Source: Marsupella aquatica (taxonomy: Eukaryota > Plantae > Marchantiophyta). Taken from it: a stretch of DNA of 64,000 bases. The stretch covers positions 13,081,375 through 13,145,374 of the forward strand of contig OZ316897.1 in assembly GCA_973895155.1 (NCBI GenBank), in the 5' to 3' direction. Made by a program: the position numbers and the translations under genes. The notes beneath the pieces were generated by a model. That model was not told the DNA's origin. It worked only from the letters and a program-made list of their open reading frames with translations, and ran no database searches. Shown in pieces: positions 23,328-38,986 of this stretch. Position 1 is the first letter of the stretch. Every line of letters starts with the position of its first letter.

Positions 23328-25759
23328 ATGCAGTGTTCTTCGCCGTGTTCGACTAGCGGGGGCTGGTCGAGCAGCCACACTCTCGTTATCATCTGCGAAG
23401 TTCCGAGTACCCAGTCCTCTTTGCTGCGCTCTTGCTATCCTTATCCATCTTCACGCCCATGGCGACAATGTTATCATGGGCTTCCTCTCATTCATTCCGA
23501 GTCAGTTTCACGGGTGAAAAGCAAGGCCTTCTGCAATTTCTCCGGGCTAGCGGTGGCTACAGTGGTTGTCACCTGCGCTCCGACGTCGTCAGTTGTTGCG
23601 AGCTCGCAGGTTCTCGTAGAGGAGAGAACTGCAGATGATCACATTCAAGGTATGGGTTCACACCTAGAATTTGGTAAGATTTGTTTTTAGACAAATGAAC
23701 CGAACGGTTAATGAAAGATTATTGAAAGTAGCATTTTGATCGCTGGAAGAGATCTGAACTACCTGGATTGTCGTCTAGGGAACAGAGTACAATTCAACTG
23801 AGGAAAGAGCTCGAAATGGCCACGACTCTCTGAACTTTCCCTGTCGGTTCACAATTATTGTTGTTATTGTGGTTTTTGGCAACAGAACGAGAGCAAATTG
23901 AGGCCGGACCCGTAGCCGAATGGCGCAATGAAACGTGGGACGACGAAGTAGTGAAAGCAATGGTCGTTGATTTTCTTGAATCTAAAGGGCTGAGCAGGAA
24001 TCTTTCCCTTATTGCTGTGAAGAAGGCTCCCACATTCATAGCGCACTTGCTCTTGCTCTTAGAGTCGTGCTATCCTGCCCGCTTCCGCTCAGGTAAGGTA
24101 TCTGCTTTTCAATTTCGACAGGTACTTTAGACTCCAGCTGCATGAAAATTCAGAGTAGGAGAGTCTAGTGGAACTTTGTGTGGACAAACGATGTCTAAGC
24201 CCAGATTTAAAGACCGGAACAGTGGAAGCAGAAATTTCAGTAATGGAATGAGAGACACTGTCTGGAGGCCACGTTGTAATGTCTTGAACTGATTTCTTTT
24301 AGCAGAAATGAAAGGTCAGGCTTGAATTGCGAGAACCAGTCCTGACCCAATTCCACTTGTTTTGCATATATTGATCCCAACATTAAAACAGCAATCAATG
24401 AGCTGAATGAAATCTGCGATTGAACATATTGCGTTCAATAATACTTCAAGTCCACGGGCGAGGGAGAGAAAGTAACTGTACGCAAATGAATTTGCCAAAA
24501 GTAGACATAATGAGACAAACCTGGAGTGAAAAACTACACTACGCTATTACTTTTCACACGACGGGCTTATTGTTTTTAGGATCGAAATCTAAGAATTACA
24601 GATCTGCCCACCCTTTGTTTTTAAGTACGGTCCGAACGAACTTAGCAACGAAGAGGATTCCCCCTTGTAATTGTGGTAATTTGCTGCGTTTATGACGTAG
24701 TTGCGTTTTATTCCAGGGAAGGAGCTCACACGAAGCGAAATTAGGTGTGTTGTCCTCCCGTACTTAGCCAGTGTGGAAGCAAAACAAAGTAAAGGTGTCG
24801 GTGATTTCTCAAGCGGAGCAGACTTGGCGAGCTTGGTACCACCGCCAGGAGCTACAAGCAGGATATTGTCTGAGTACCCCTTACTCCGAGAGCAGTTGAA
24901 GGATGGAGAGCTGCCGCCATCTTTATCCTACTGTCTATGCATTGGCATGAAGCCTAAACAAGTGGAAGCTGCATTAAAGAAATTTCCGCCAATCGTGGGG
25001 TACACTGTGGAAGGGAAAATAGCGAAAGTAGTGGACTTTATTCTCAGTTTAGACGTGTCCTCTTCTTTAATACCTGCCATTGTTTTGAAAAGGCCTCAGT
25101 TGTTCGGCTGTAACGTGGAAGGGAATCTGAGACCCACTGTACAGTATCTCGAGGATTTGGGAGTTGAACGGACGAAATGGGGCAGGATTCTTGTGGCTTT
25201 TCCTCACATGTTGACATATAGCAGTGCGAAGTCCAACCTTGTGTTCAATTTTTTGCTAGACTGTGGGATTTCCCATCCTGCCGCGGGGAAAGTTCTGAGC
25301 AGATTTCCTCATGCTGTCGGTTACAGTGTGGAGCTGAAGTTGAAACCCATGGCAGCATACTTCCACAGTCTTGGCGTAGAAGACTTTGGTCGAGTTATTA
25401 CGCGCTCTCCTCAAACCCTGGGATTAAGTCTAGACTATAACATCAAACCTACAGTGGAGTTTTTCAGAACCACTCTGGGTTTGACGGTGGAAGAATTATC
25501 TCTGGTTGTCAATCGCTTCCCGCAAATCCTTGGCCTCAATGTAGATCACAACTTGCAGCCCAAATGGAAGCTTTTCTTGGCAATGAACCGGCGCAAAACA
25601 GAGCTGGTGGATTTTCCTCAGTACTTTGGATACAGCTTAGAGAACAGAATATTACCGCGATACAGGATTGTGGAAGCGAAACAAATCAGATGGACGCTGA
25701 ACCGGATGCTGAGTACCACAACAGAGGTCTTCTCCCGACTTACGAATGCATACCATTGA
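23328..25759 (+). CDS. MTERF5: Plastid mTERF-family protein, mTERF5/MDA1-like, ~523 aa; join(23328-23649, 23886-24092, 24717-25759)
   Basis: mTERF repeats (KRPQLFGCNVEGNLRPTVQYL; FPQYFGYSLENRILPRY), GKELTRSEIR..LPYL segment recalling mTERF5; phase-1 GT-AG introns; Ser-rich transit-like N-terminus (start less certain). Confidence 0.88.
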
Positions 25760-27010
25760 CCTGGTAGGGATCTCACTAGTTTTTAGTGGATATTGGGGGA
25801 AATATCTTCTGCAATTTTGGTGCAAACGAGGATTATATGAACATCCACTGGTACCGCTTCTGACCTGGATTTGTGGAGGGTTGCTACTCATGATCCAGGT
25901 CAGAAGCGGTATCAGTGATCCAGGATCATGACCTTCTCATGTCTGTTGTGATTATTTAAGTTGTGTATAGTTTTGGCCCTGATCACTTTAAATGTGTACT
26001 TTGCCTCATTATCTTTCTTTCTCTCGTGTTGCTGATCCCAAGTAACCTATCTCAGTAGTTGAATCGAATCTGGTTAGGTGGGATTGTTGCGGGCCGAGAC
26101 TGGAAACAGTAGGGCGGGAATCGATAGTTATGAATGTGACTACCTACTTTTGGTCAATACCATTACACCTAGAGTGCATGCGCATGAACCATTGTGCATG
26201 CGCATGAACCATTTCACCAGGTTGCACATGCTTTCGACAGACTTGCCTGAGTAACGAAAGGGGTAATGGTTACATGAGGATACGTGGACGTTTGGAGTAC
26301 GGAATCGCATCACGGGGTTGCCTGGCGGAGTGATGTTCGTCTTCATTGTGGCATTGATGATGATATGACCTCTTCACCCCTTTCGCCTGTCATGGATATG
26401 TCTGTTTGGGCAGCTGACGATTTGTCGTGTGCAAGGCCCTAGTCCCTAAGCATTTTCCTACACATTCAGGAATCTAGAAAGTATTTGAACCTCAGTGAAG
26501 AGCCATGTATAAAGTCGCTCTGTAAGTGCAGTGGAGCTGCGTTATCCTTGCTCAAGGAGACGAATTTGGACAAAACTTGTGGGTTTCAATCAGGTCACTA
26601 CTGTAGATGGGAAGCTTACCGAAGAGATACGCTCCTATTGGAGAATGCCATGTGTGGAACTGGCTGGTTATCCTCAATTGAATTCCACCGAAACATATCT
26701 TTATGCCATTTTTCATTAAAAATCTTTCACGAAGTATTTTTCACATATGTTTCAACCGGAACACTAACTGGCCACAATAGAATCCCCACTCAAATTAGTA
26801 AAGTATACATATTGCTGGCATCGAAACGGTCACCGCGACAGTATAAGATCTATGCCCAGGCATCCAATCAATCAGCTGTGGTCTAAGTCTCCCAAGCTTG
26901 TCTTTGACCGTTTACAATCCAAGCCAGATTGTCAGCTTTTTGCATGCTCTTTCATCTTCCCCAGCTCCTGAGCTCTTCCTGTGTTGGGCATTATTTGAAA
27001 ATGTCAACAA

Positions 27011-27118
27011 TGTTTGATAAGAACGAATATCGGTATGTGTATAGTCTGGGTAATGGTACATATAGTGGTGCCGGGATGACCGGCTGATCCAGTCATTTGG
27101 TCAAGGTAGAGTCTAACA
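27011..27118 (-). repeat. 3' LTR (108 bp)
   Basis: TGTTTGATAAG...GAGTCTAACA; 3 mismatches versus the other LTR. Confidence 0.95.
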
Positions 27119-27128
27119 CTCCCCTTTG
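27119..27128 (-). other. Polypurine tract
   Basis: Minus strand CAAAGGGGAG abuts the 3' LTR. Confidence 0.85.
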
Positions 27129-27429
27129 GATATATAATGACAACTATATAGACAATATAGACTATATTTATTATATCATGTTCATAGGAAATACATGATA
27201 TAAGTACAAGCGAGGTAGACTGCCTCATTAAAAAACCTTTATCAACTCTAGCTTAGTAAAAACTCTACCAGTGTAACAGAGAAAAATATGAGTGCTAAAG
27301 GAAAAAGAGTGCAGTCTAAGAGTCCTCGTCGTAATAAATGTCAATGTAAAATAAAGTTAGATGCTATAGTAAATCTAGCTTTAACATCTGTTTCATCAGT
27401 CGGTCGTCAACAGCATGTCGTCAACATCA

Positions 27430-30400
27430 TCAAGTATCATGTGGAGCAGCAGCCTCCACGGTCATCATGCGTCGCACGCTCCGTAGTCCGATCGCCTGGC
27501 AGTGTCGGTGATGAACTGATGGCGATAGTGATTTGGTGAAGAGATCCGCACAGTTGTTTGCACTTGAAATCTGCAAAATGTTGATCTCTTTTCCATGTAA
27601 CTCGTGGGTGTAGAAAAATTTCGGAGCTATATGCTTCACACGGTCGCCTTTGATGAATCCTTTTGTGATCTGCTGTATACATGCTGCGTTATCCTCAAAA
27701 ATGTTAGTAGGCTTCGTTAGTGGTGGTAGGCCGCATTTGGTGTTGATATGGTTTATAAAGGATCGTAACCAAATGGCTTCACGACTAGCCTCATGTAGAG
27801 CTAAGATTTCTGAGTGATTCGATGAGGTTGCTGTTAGGGTCTGTTTCACGCTTTTCCAAGAAAAAACGGTACCCCCTATAGTGAAAACATATCCGGTTTG
27901 GGATTTTGCGGTATCAGTGTCGGAGAGATATCCGGCATCCGCATATCCTATGAGCTCGTGGTTTGCACCGAATGGGTAAAATAACCCGGTATCGGTGGTT
28001 CCACGTAGATATCTAAATACGTGCTTAACTCCGTTCCAGTGTCTGGCTGTGGGAGTTGCACTATGTCTGGCTAGTAAGTTAACTGCAAATGCAATGTCTG
28101 GTCTGGTCTGATTTGCTAGGTACATTAATGCTCCTATCGCAAAAAGGTATGGGGTTTCTGGTCCTCATATTGGTTCATGCTCTTTGCGCTTGCGAAAAAC
28201 ATCAGTATTGTTTTCTAATGAACGTACAACCATTGGTGACGTCAATGGGTGTGCTAGGTTCATATTGAACTGTTTTAGGATCTTTTCCGTTTGTGTTGTC
28301 TGATGGAGCATCATGCCAGTGGGTAGGATCTCTAGTTGTAAGCCTAAGCAAAAGTTTGTATGTCCAAGGTCTTTCATCTCAAATGTGAATTTAAGACTAG
28401 TAATAATATCTTCTGTCAATTGGGGTGTCCCAAATATATTTAAGTCATCAACATAGATAGAAACGATGACATATTCGTCATCCACATGTTTAATAAATAA
28501 ACATGGTGTAATGGCATTATGGGAAAAACCCATGGTAATCATTTCATCAGTAAATCTTTGATACCATACTCTGCCACTTTGTTTCAGGCCATATAAAGCC
28601 TTCAACACGCGGATAGCTAGTCCGCGGCGAGTATTCCGTACGGTTGACACAGAGGTGTCGTTATTATGAGTTACATGTGTAGATGACACATTAGGTGTAA
28701 CTTGAGATAATTGTGTTATAATCTTATGTAGATATGGGATATGCGATGTAGCGCCTTGAGCTAAAGCTCGGCATCGTTGCTCCATCTCAGGAGGTGATCG
28801 CATGTATAGACAAGTGTCTAAAGTTCCATATAGATATGCGGTTGCAACATCCAGTTGTCGCATCTGTAGTTGATGGAATATGGCAAATCCGATAAGGTAT
28901 CGAAATGTTGTGCTATCCATAACCGATGAATAGGTTTCATCGTAATGAATTCCCGGTTGTTGTATAAATCCTTTCCCTACCAGACATGCTTTATAGCGTA
29001 CAACTTGGCCTTTATCATTTCTTTTGCGGACAAATGTCCACTTGTAGCCAATTAGGTGTACGTCTTGCGGTGTTGGCTCGACTGGGCCAAAAGTGTGTCT
29101 GCTGAGTAGGGAATCTAATTCTCCATTTATAGCTGTTTTCCATTCAAGCCAATCTGGTCTGTTTTGGCATTCTAAAATGGATATTGGTTCTGGTGTCTCG
29201 TCAGTGATATGGGTTGCCACCATTAATGCAAAAGCATCATCTATTGAAGTAGTATTTCTATCCCACATCGTACCGGTATGTGCGTAGTGGATAGAAATCT
29301 CTTCATGAGTTGTGGATTCGGTATGATCGACATCAGGTGAAGGTGGTATAGATGAACCACGCCTTCTTGGTTGTTTATCCTTTGATCCCAAGGGTCTGCC
29401 ACGTTTGGCACGTGGCTGGGATGTGTTTGCTGGCTCACTTGATAATTCGATGCGAGCAGATGCTCTCGCAGCTGGAATGTGTGAGCGGGTAAGTTGTGAT
29501 GTGTCAACGAAAGCGTCAGGAAGTTCTTCCACAATCTTGTGGAGTTGCAAGATTCGTTGAACTTCTTTCTCCCCTTGATTCGTTCTAAGGTCTTGCCAAA
29601 ATGGCGAATGTCTTTCCCACTCCAAAGGTGGTTGTGGGTGTTTAGGGGTTACTAACTGTGGATAAACATGTTCGTCAAAATGGCAATCTAGGAATCTAGA
29701 TTTAAAAACATCGCCAGTTGTAGGTTCCATATATCGGATTATGGACGGTGAGTCAAATCCGATGTATATCCCCAACTGTCGTTGGGGTCCCATCTTGGTT
29801 CGTTTAGGTGGAGTAATGGGGACCATTACTTGACATCCAAATGAACGAAGATGTGATAGGTTAGGTTTAATACCGTTAGCTATTTGGTATGGGCTATAGG
29901 TATTGAAAGCCGATGGGCGGTATTGGATTAATGCATTTGCCTGTAAGATGACATGTCCCCATGCTGAGACGGGGAGTTTTGACTGCATTAGTAATGGGCG
30001 TGCAATTAACTAAAGTCGTTTAATAACAGCTTCGGCTAATCCATTCTGAAAGTGCACGTGGGGTACAGGGTATTGTACGTCGATGCCAAGTGATGTACAA
30101 AAGTCGTCAAATGTTTTGGATGTAAATTCCCCTGCATTGTCCACCCTTAGTGTCTTAATGGGGTGATCTGGGAATTGTGCTTTCACGCGCAGGATTTGTG
30201 CCAAAATGCGAGGCATAACCATGTTCCTCGTTGAAAGCAGGGTCACATTTGACCATTTAGTTGATGCGTCGATTAAAACCATAAAGTAGCGGAAAGGTCT
30301 GCTTGGTGGGTTAATTGGTCCGCAAACATCTGCATGGATTATTTCCAAGAATTGGGGTATTTTAGTTGGCAATTTTGATGTTGTGGGTCTTGTTATTAAT

Positions 30401-32106
30401 TTTCCGCGTGAGCATGCAGTGCATGGAGTGCTCGCTGGAATGTGGCGTGTATTGGTTGGGATGCCTTTTGAATTCTTAATGATTTTGGTTAGCATTGATT
30501 GGCCGGGGTGGCCGAGGCGTGCATGCCAAAGCGCGGGCAATTCACTTGTTTGGGCATTGATATGCAGGCATTCAATATGTGTTACATAAAACCCACAAGA
30601 ATACGAGAAAAGTGTTTCTTTAATGATTTTCCCCGTAGGGGTATTTTCAACCAAGTGAATGACCTCTTGGTCTCTGGTATCGCCAGTTTGGACATGTAGC
30701 CCATTTGCTCGTATATCTCTAAAGCTGAGGAGATTACGAGTTGCGTTTGGGGCAAAAATGGCAAATTCTATGTGTATTTCCGTACCCTGCGGGAGTCTAA
30801 TAGAAGCTGGGCCGAAGCCCTCTTCTATTTGGCTAGGACCATTGATAGTGGTCAGGGACCTACGTGATGGTGTAATCCTATGAAAAAGGTGCTTATCCCG
30901 GAGGATAGTATGTGTCGTCGCACTGTCAATGATACATGTGCTTGGACTATTTAAATCTGGTGTAGTGGAGCTATTTGCCACTAAGTGTGCCTCGGGTTGG
31001 GCGGGTAGGTCTGAGAAGTCTTGGAATGGATCACTAGACTCCATAAATGCCCCGTGGGTTTCACGGGGTGGTGGCCTTGAGGTTTGTCCATCCCTGAGGG
31101 ATCGTTGATATAGCTCTTTAAGGTGTTGTGGGATTCTACAGTTTCTGGCTAGGTGGTTGGTCATGCCGCATGCATGGCATTTTGGGCGTTCTCGTTGTGG
31201 TCGGGATTGTGACCAATCATTTCTACGGTTGTTGTTATATGTTCTACCATCGCCGCGTCCGCCGCGTCCACCTCGTCCTCCGCGTCCGCCGCGTCCATCG
31301 CGTCCTCCACGTCCTCCGCGTCCTCCACGTCCACTAAAGGACCGTCTGAAGTTGTGTTGTGGGCGTTGGTTAAAGAAACTCCCCCTGTTGGGGTTGTTTC
31401 TATGGTTGCCATTCCTACTGCGCTTAATGCCCTGCCTTGATGTGGAGGGTTCAGCGGTGTCGGTAAGATGTGTTTCACTCTGTGATCCTGAGGGCAGTGT
31501 GCCCGCAGGACGTTTTCTAGAGTTAACTAAAAGAAGTTCTTGGTTTCTCTCTGTGACTAGAAGGTGGGCTATGAGCTCGGAGTATTGCCCGAACTTCATG
31601 TTTCGATACTGTGTTGATAGCCACACATTCGATGAATGAAATGTCGACAAGGTCTTCTCTAGCAGATCCTTGTCCGTAACTGGCTCGCCACATTGTGCGA
31701 GGGTTGAGGTTATTCTAAAGAGTTCACTATTGTAGGCTGAGATAGAAGTAAAGTCCTGGACCCGCAGGTTTAGCCAGTCTTGCCTGGCTCTAGGTAATTC
31801 GACCAGTTTTTGGTGGTCGAATCGGGTCTATAGCGTTGTCCATAGTTCTCGAGGGGTCGATAGATGCATGTATTGTCTCTGGAGGAATCTATGGATATGG
31901 CGTCTTAGGAATACTAGGGCTTTCGATTCGTTGGCTTTAGTTAATGGGTCTGGTTGTGGTTCGCCGGTAAGGATGGGTTGAGCGAGCCCTATCGCAGGGA
32001 GTAGGGTTAGCGAGGTTAGGTTTTCTTTTAGGTTCATGGACCATTCTAGGTAGTTGCCGCCATCTATTTCTAGGGCGGGGAATGTGAGTTTCTCGAGGTT
32101 GGTCAT
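27430..32106 (-). pseudogene. Copia Gag-Pol polyprotein (~1558 aa, single frame, three in-frame stops)
   Basis: Gag MTNLEKLTFPALEIDGGNYLEW; CCHC knuckle CHACGMTNHLARNC; protease IIDSATTHT; integrase HHCC + HADVCGP/RVDNAGEF/NGLAE; RT LYGLKQSGR, YVDDL; RNase H YADAGY, FEDNAAC. All four ORF pieces share a frame; stops at 31828, 30010, 28165. Confidence 0.95.
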
Positions 32107-33833
32107 CTCTAAGGTCCTGGCGTGCAACGGTGGTGTGCGTGTTTATATATAATATATATAGTCAAAAGACAATGCACATTTGCCGCATGCAATGGTGGAG
32201 AAGAGGTTGAGGAGATTAATCTAGGTCACTGGCGAGTGAAGCATGAATGTTTGGGTTTTTGCAGAATTTAGGGTTTGCACTTATTAAGTTGGTTTTCTTT
32301 GTGGATCTATAACTGCAAGGTTTCCTTTGTTAAACTATGCAGTTATCCAGTTGTGCACTTAGGGTTGCAGTTATGGGTTGTATTTACTCGTGACTTGGTT
32401 AAGTGCACTTTCTGCTTTGTGAATCAAATCTCTTTGACGAATGTTGCAATTAACAAGGGTTTTGCGGTTATGTGCGGTTATGGAGCGTGCACTTAGCGTT
32501 TTTCGATCGGACTCGACATTTCCTCGATGTTTTGTGGTCTGGTGTTGCGCTTTCCTGGTGTGTCTCCTCGCGCGACCTTCAGGTGTCGTTTCCACCCGGG
32601 GTCTCTATTCTCAGTTGCTTCAACTTGTGACTCTCTTCTTTCGGGCTTCTTTTTCCAATCTCTTATCGATTAATTAATTCTCCTCTCGATTGCTCGTTTC
32701 GCCATGTCTATTTGTCATGTCTTGCGCTCCGCTGGTTGGGATCTCAGTTGGTCCTCCGTTGGCGTCTTTCATTCATCCTCGAATACATCTGGTCTTACAC
32801 TCCAGATCCTGGGTAGCTCCTGCTCTCTTAAATGCTGTAGTACTCGCTCGCTCTTAATCTTCCTTCCGTTTTTCGAAAGGTCTTGCTTCTTTGTCAGCGA
32901 CGCGTGGTATCGCTCGCTCCTTGTAAATCGTAGAACAAATATAAGAACGTGGATCTTTGCTTTTCTCAAGTGGCTCCTTCATAACCCTCTTCCCTCAGAA
33001 GTCTTGCAAATCGCAAGGCACTGGCAATTAAAAGCAACGATTGCCTTCGAAGGTGCAGAGCGTAGTGCCGCCTGCGTCCTTATCTTATCAATTCGCCATA
33101 GCTGAGGTAATCATTCAATCTGCTATTCGTTTGTTCTTCTTTTCCCTTCTTTTCTCTTCAGATGGCGCAGCCTTCTCTTTTCGGAACACGTGAATGTGGA
33201 ATCTAATCCGTGAATGACTCATTCGATTAATCTCTCCGTGATCAGACTTCTCTTCGTGATCCGTCTCCGTGAGATTCTATGTTGGGCTTGCTGCTCGTAA
33301 CCTTTGCAAAGACTTTCGGCCTTGTTGCCCAATTCTTCTCATTTCATGCTGCGAATTCATTGCGCTAGCGACTGTTCTCAATTCACCTTCTCTTCTGTGC
33401 TTTTAAGTGCTTTTCGGTGGAGCCTCCATCGACCACTTGATTGGGGCTCGCGGTTCTTCCCCGATTCTACTGTTCTTCGATCTGCAGTGTCCTTATGATT
33501 TCTATTCCGGGCTTACCCACACGTTTTCTCTTCCTTGTGTCCTTACGAGTTCGAGTCTCAATGTCCCTATGACATCTCCTTGAAATTTCGGTGCTGCCTT
33601 TCTCTTCCTTTTTCGGCTCTTACAGATCTTCTATCCTAGTTTCTCAATTCTTATTTCCTCATGATTCCTGGATTCACCTTGTTTCTAATCGTTCTCATTC
33701 AGTCCTGCCTACTCTTTTTGTTTTCTATTCGTTCTTCTCGATTCACTCCGCTCAGTCTAATCGTTAATCTTATACAATCCCATTCACCATAGCAATTCAA
33801 TTTTCTGTGCTCGGAGCTCCGCTGGTAAAGTCT

Positions 33834-33846
33834 CGTGCTGATAACG
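33834..33846 (-). other. Primer-binding site CGTTATCAGCACG (half-tRNA-Ile type)
   Basis: Abuts 5' LTR; reverse complement CGTGCTGATAACG matches the tRNA-Ile(AAU) anticodon arm CGTGCTAATAACG as I recall it. Confidence 0.75.
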
Positions 33847-33954
33847 TGTTTGATAAGAACGAATATCGGTATCTGTATAGTCTGGGTAATGGTACATATA
33901 GTGGTGCCGGGATGACCGGCTGATCCAGTCATCAGGTCAAGGTAGAGTCTAACA
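33847..33954 (-). repeat. 5' LTR (108 bp)
   Basis: Direct repeat of 27011-27118. Confidence 0.95.
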
Positions 33955-34707
33955 AACAATACATTAACTTAGGTCATATTTGAGTGGTCTTATCATTTCA
34001 CACACATGGTCCAGAAGGGATCTTTTAATGCACAATTAAGTATGAGCGATGTACTTCAGAGATCACAACGGAATCATGCTCACACCGTTAAATGTTGATA
34101 TGAACAGCAAAACACCATGGATCACGTTATCAAGCAGGTTGCAAACAGCAAGACCGTAGAGGTAAAGCATGTCAGCGAATTTCTCGTATTATTCTTGTTA
34201 CCCAAGTAAATTGGAAGTCGCAGTGCTCACGGGGAGTTGCCAGATCACAGAGGTCAAGCACATCAGTTGCGAATTTTTGATATTCTGCTTATTTGCCAGA
34301 AAGCACCCAGGTGGCTTGGAAAGTCGCAATGCTCATGGGAGTTGCCAATGGTCACATAACAGCACCAACAGATTCAAAATTTACACACAAACCAAGGAGA
34401 AAGTTCAGATAGATGCCAAGACTAATACTGTACAGTCGAATCAGATATACACAGAAACTTGTGATCACAATACTCGAGGGGACGACGCGCGTTGTACTAA
34501 GAGAAAAGCTTACAAAAAATTCATAAACGCAATTTGGCGGAAAAATTGCGTACCAACACCATGGCTTTGCAAACCCACCGCTCGTTTACGCATTACAGGA
34601 AGTAACCTCACTCATCCATGGAAGGTAACTTAATTACAACCAACACTGTCCTACAAAGGTCCTAATTATGAGTAATTCTATAGTACCCAGATGGGTAAAT
34701 CGGCGTA

Positions 34708-37635
<2,928 letters not shown>

Positions 37636-38986
37636 GACAGCAGCAGCAACGCCGGTCGGACAGACAATCCTCGCCGGACGAATTATTATCCTATGACTCT
37701 TCCTCCTCGGGGACTGTTGGATGGATGCCGGCTCCAACAACAGAGATGAGCTTTTGTCACGGTCTGGATTAGATTGCAAGACTATCAGACTCGCCAAAAG
37801 ATCGGAAATTAGATCTCAACACATTCTGGTAGTGCAAATCGCACGCCTGGGCAATCAAATGAATTCAATCAATTGCACGTTGATCCTGTTCAGATGCACG
37901 TCTTCAAGAATACTGTTCCTGTCAATTATTATCTTTCCATCATCGATTTCGCATCGCGCTTCAGAACCGGAACCGACGCCCTGATCCGCGAGGCCTCAAT
38001 AAAATCCCGGAACTCTCCGCAAACCCTACCACACCAATTTCACCACGCGTTCACACGAAAAACAACACCCCTCCTCCGCCGCCGACTGGCCGTCTACTGT
38101 CAGCCTCACTCGTTGGTCTCCTTGCCCGCCCGTCTGTCCACAGGACGGTGCACTGCAGCAGATCCTTCCTCAACAAAATCCGAATTCGCCTTAGCAGATC
38201 CTCACTCCTCTCCGACTCACCAACGTGATGATGTTCAACCTCCACAATCCGAAATGCGTTCTCCCCACACCAAACCACAACCCACAACCCACAACAACAA
38301 CAACAACAACAGCTCCACAAACCAGCAATCGGCTTAAGAAAACTCCTCCTTCGCCGGATTTCAATGCTCGTCAACACCTTCTTCAGACGACGTGCTGAAT
38401 TGCTAAATTCTCTCGACCTTCTACCTATCTATCTGTACAACAAGCTCTAACGCGTCTCCCTTCCTTCCTTCCTTCCTCCCTTCTTCCCTTCAAGCTGGCC
38501 GCCAGTTGTAGCACGTAGCTCCAGAAGCAGCAGGGTACAAGCAGAGATTGCAGTATTGCACAGCAGCAGCCGAAGACGACAATGTCTTGTCGCAAAGGCT
38601 GAGGCCCGAGAAAAAGAAGGCGAAGAGCAACAAGAATCGGAGCAGCGACCCTCCCTGACCCACACCTCCCCACCCCCACCAAAAAAAGCCCTCCCCACCT
38701 GACAATGCAAAGAGGGCGGAGTGCGACTCCAATTAAAAACTGCTAATCGAAAAGAGAAGATGGGTTTTCACGGGCAGAAGAAAGCTGAGGAACGCGACCA
38801 CACAGCGGACCAGATCGACAGCAGCAACGAAAGAATTTGGGACGACCGAAATTGGAGGATAACACGACGAGAGAGAGAGAGGCAACGAGAGCTTAAATGC
38901 GGAGAAAGCGAACTTGCCTGTGCCTCTGAAAGACTCTACTGCTCTGCTACTAGAGAATAGTAGTCCAGCGGTGATACCGTAGTAAC

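Larger units (their letters stand above)
27011..33954 (-). mobile_element. Full-length Ty1/copia LTR retrotransposon, Bianca-like lineage (6944 bp)
   Basis: Two 108-bp TG...CA LTRs, AACAA TSD (27006-10, 33955-59), PBS, PPT, gag-PR-INT-RT-RH order. Confidence 0.97.

Noticed and set aside
31157-31639. Pro/Arg-rich 160-aa + strand ORF
   Set aside because: Antisense of the Gag RGG repeat
28165-31830. Programmed readthrough at copia in-frame stops
   Set aside because: Stops fall inside Gag, integrase and RT domains, so they are disabling mutations
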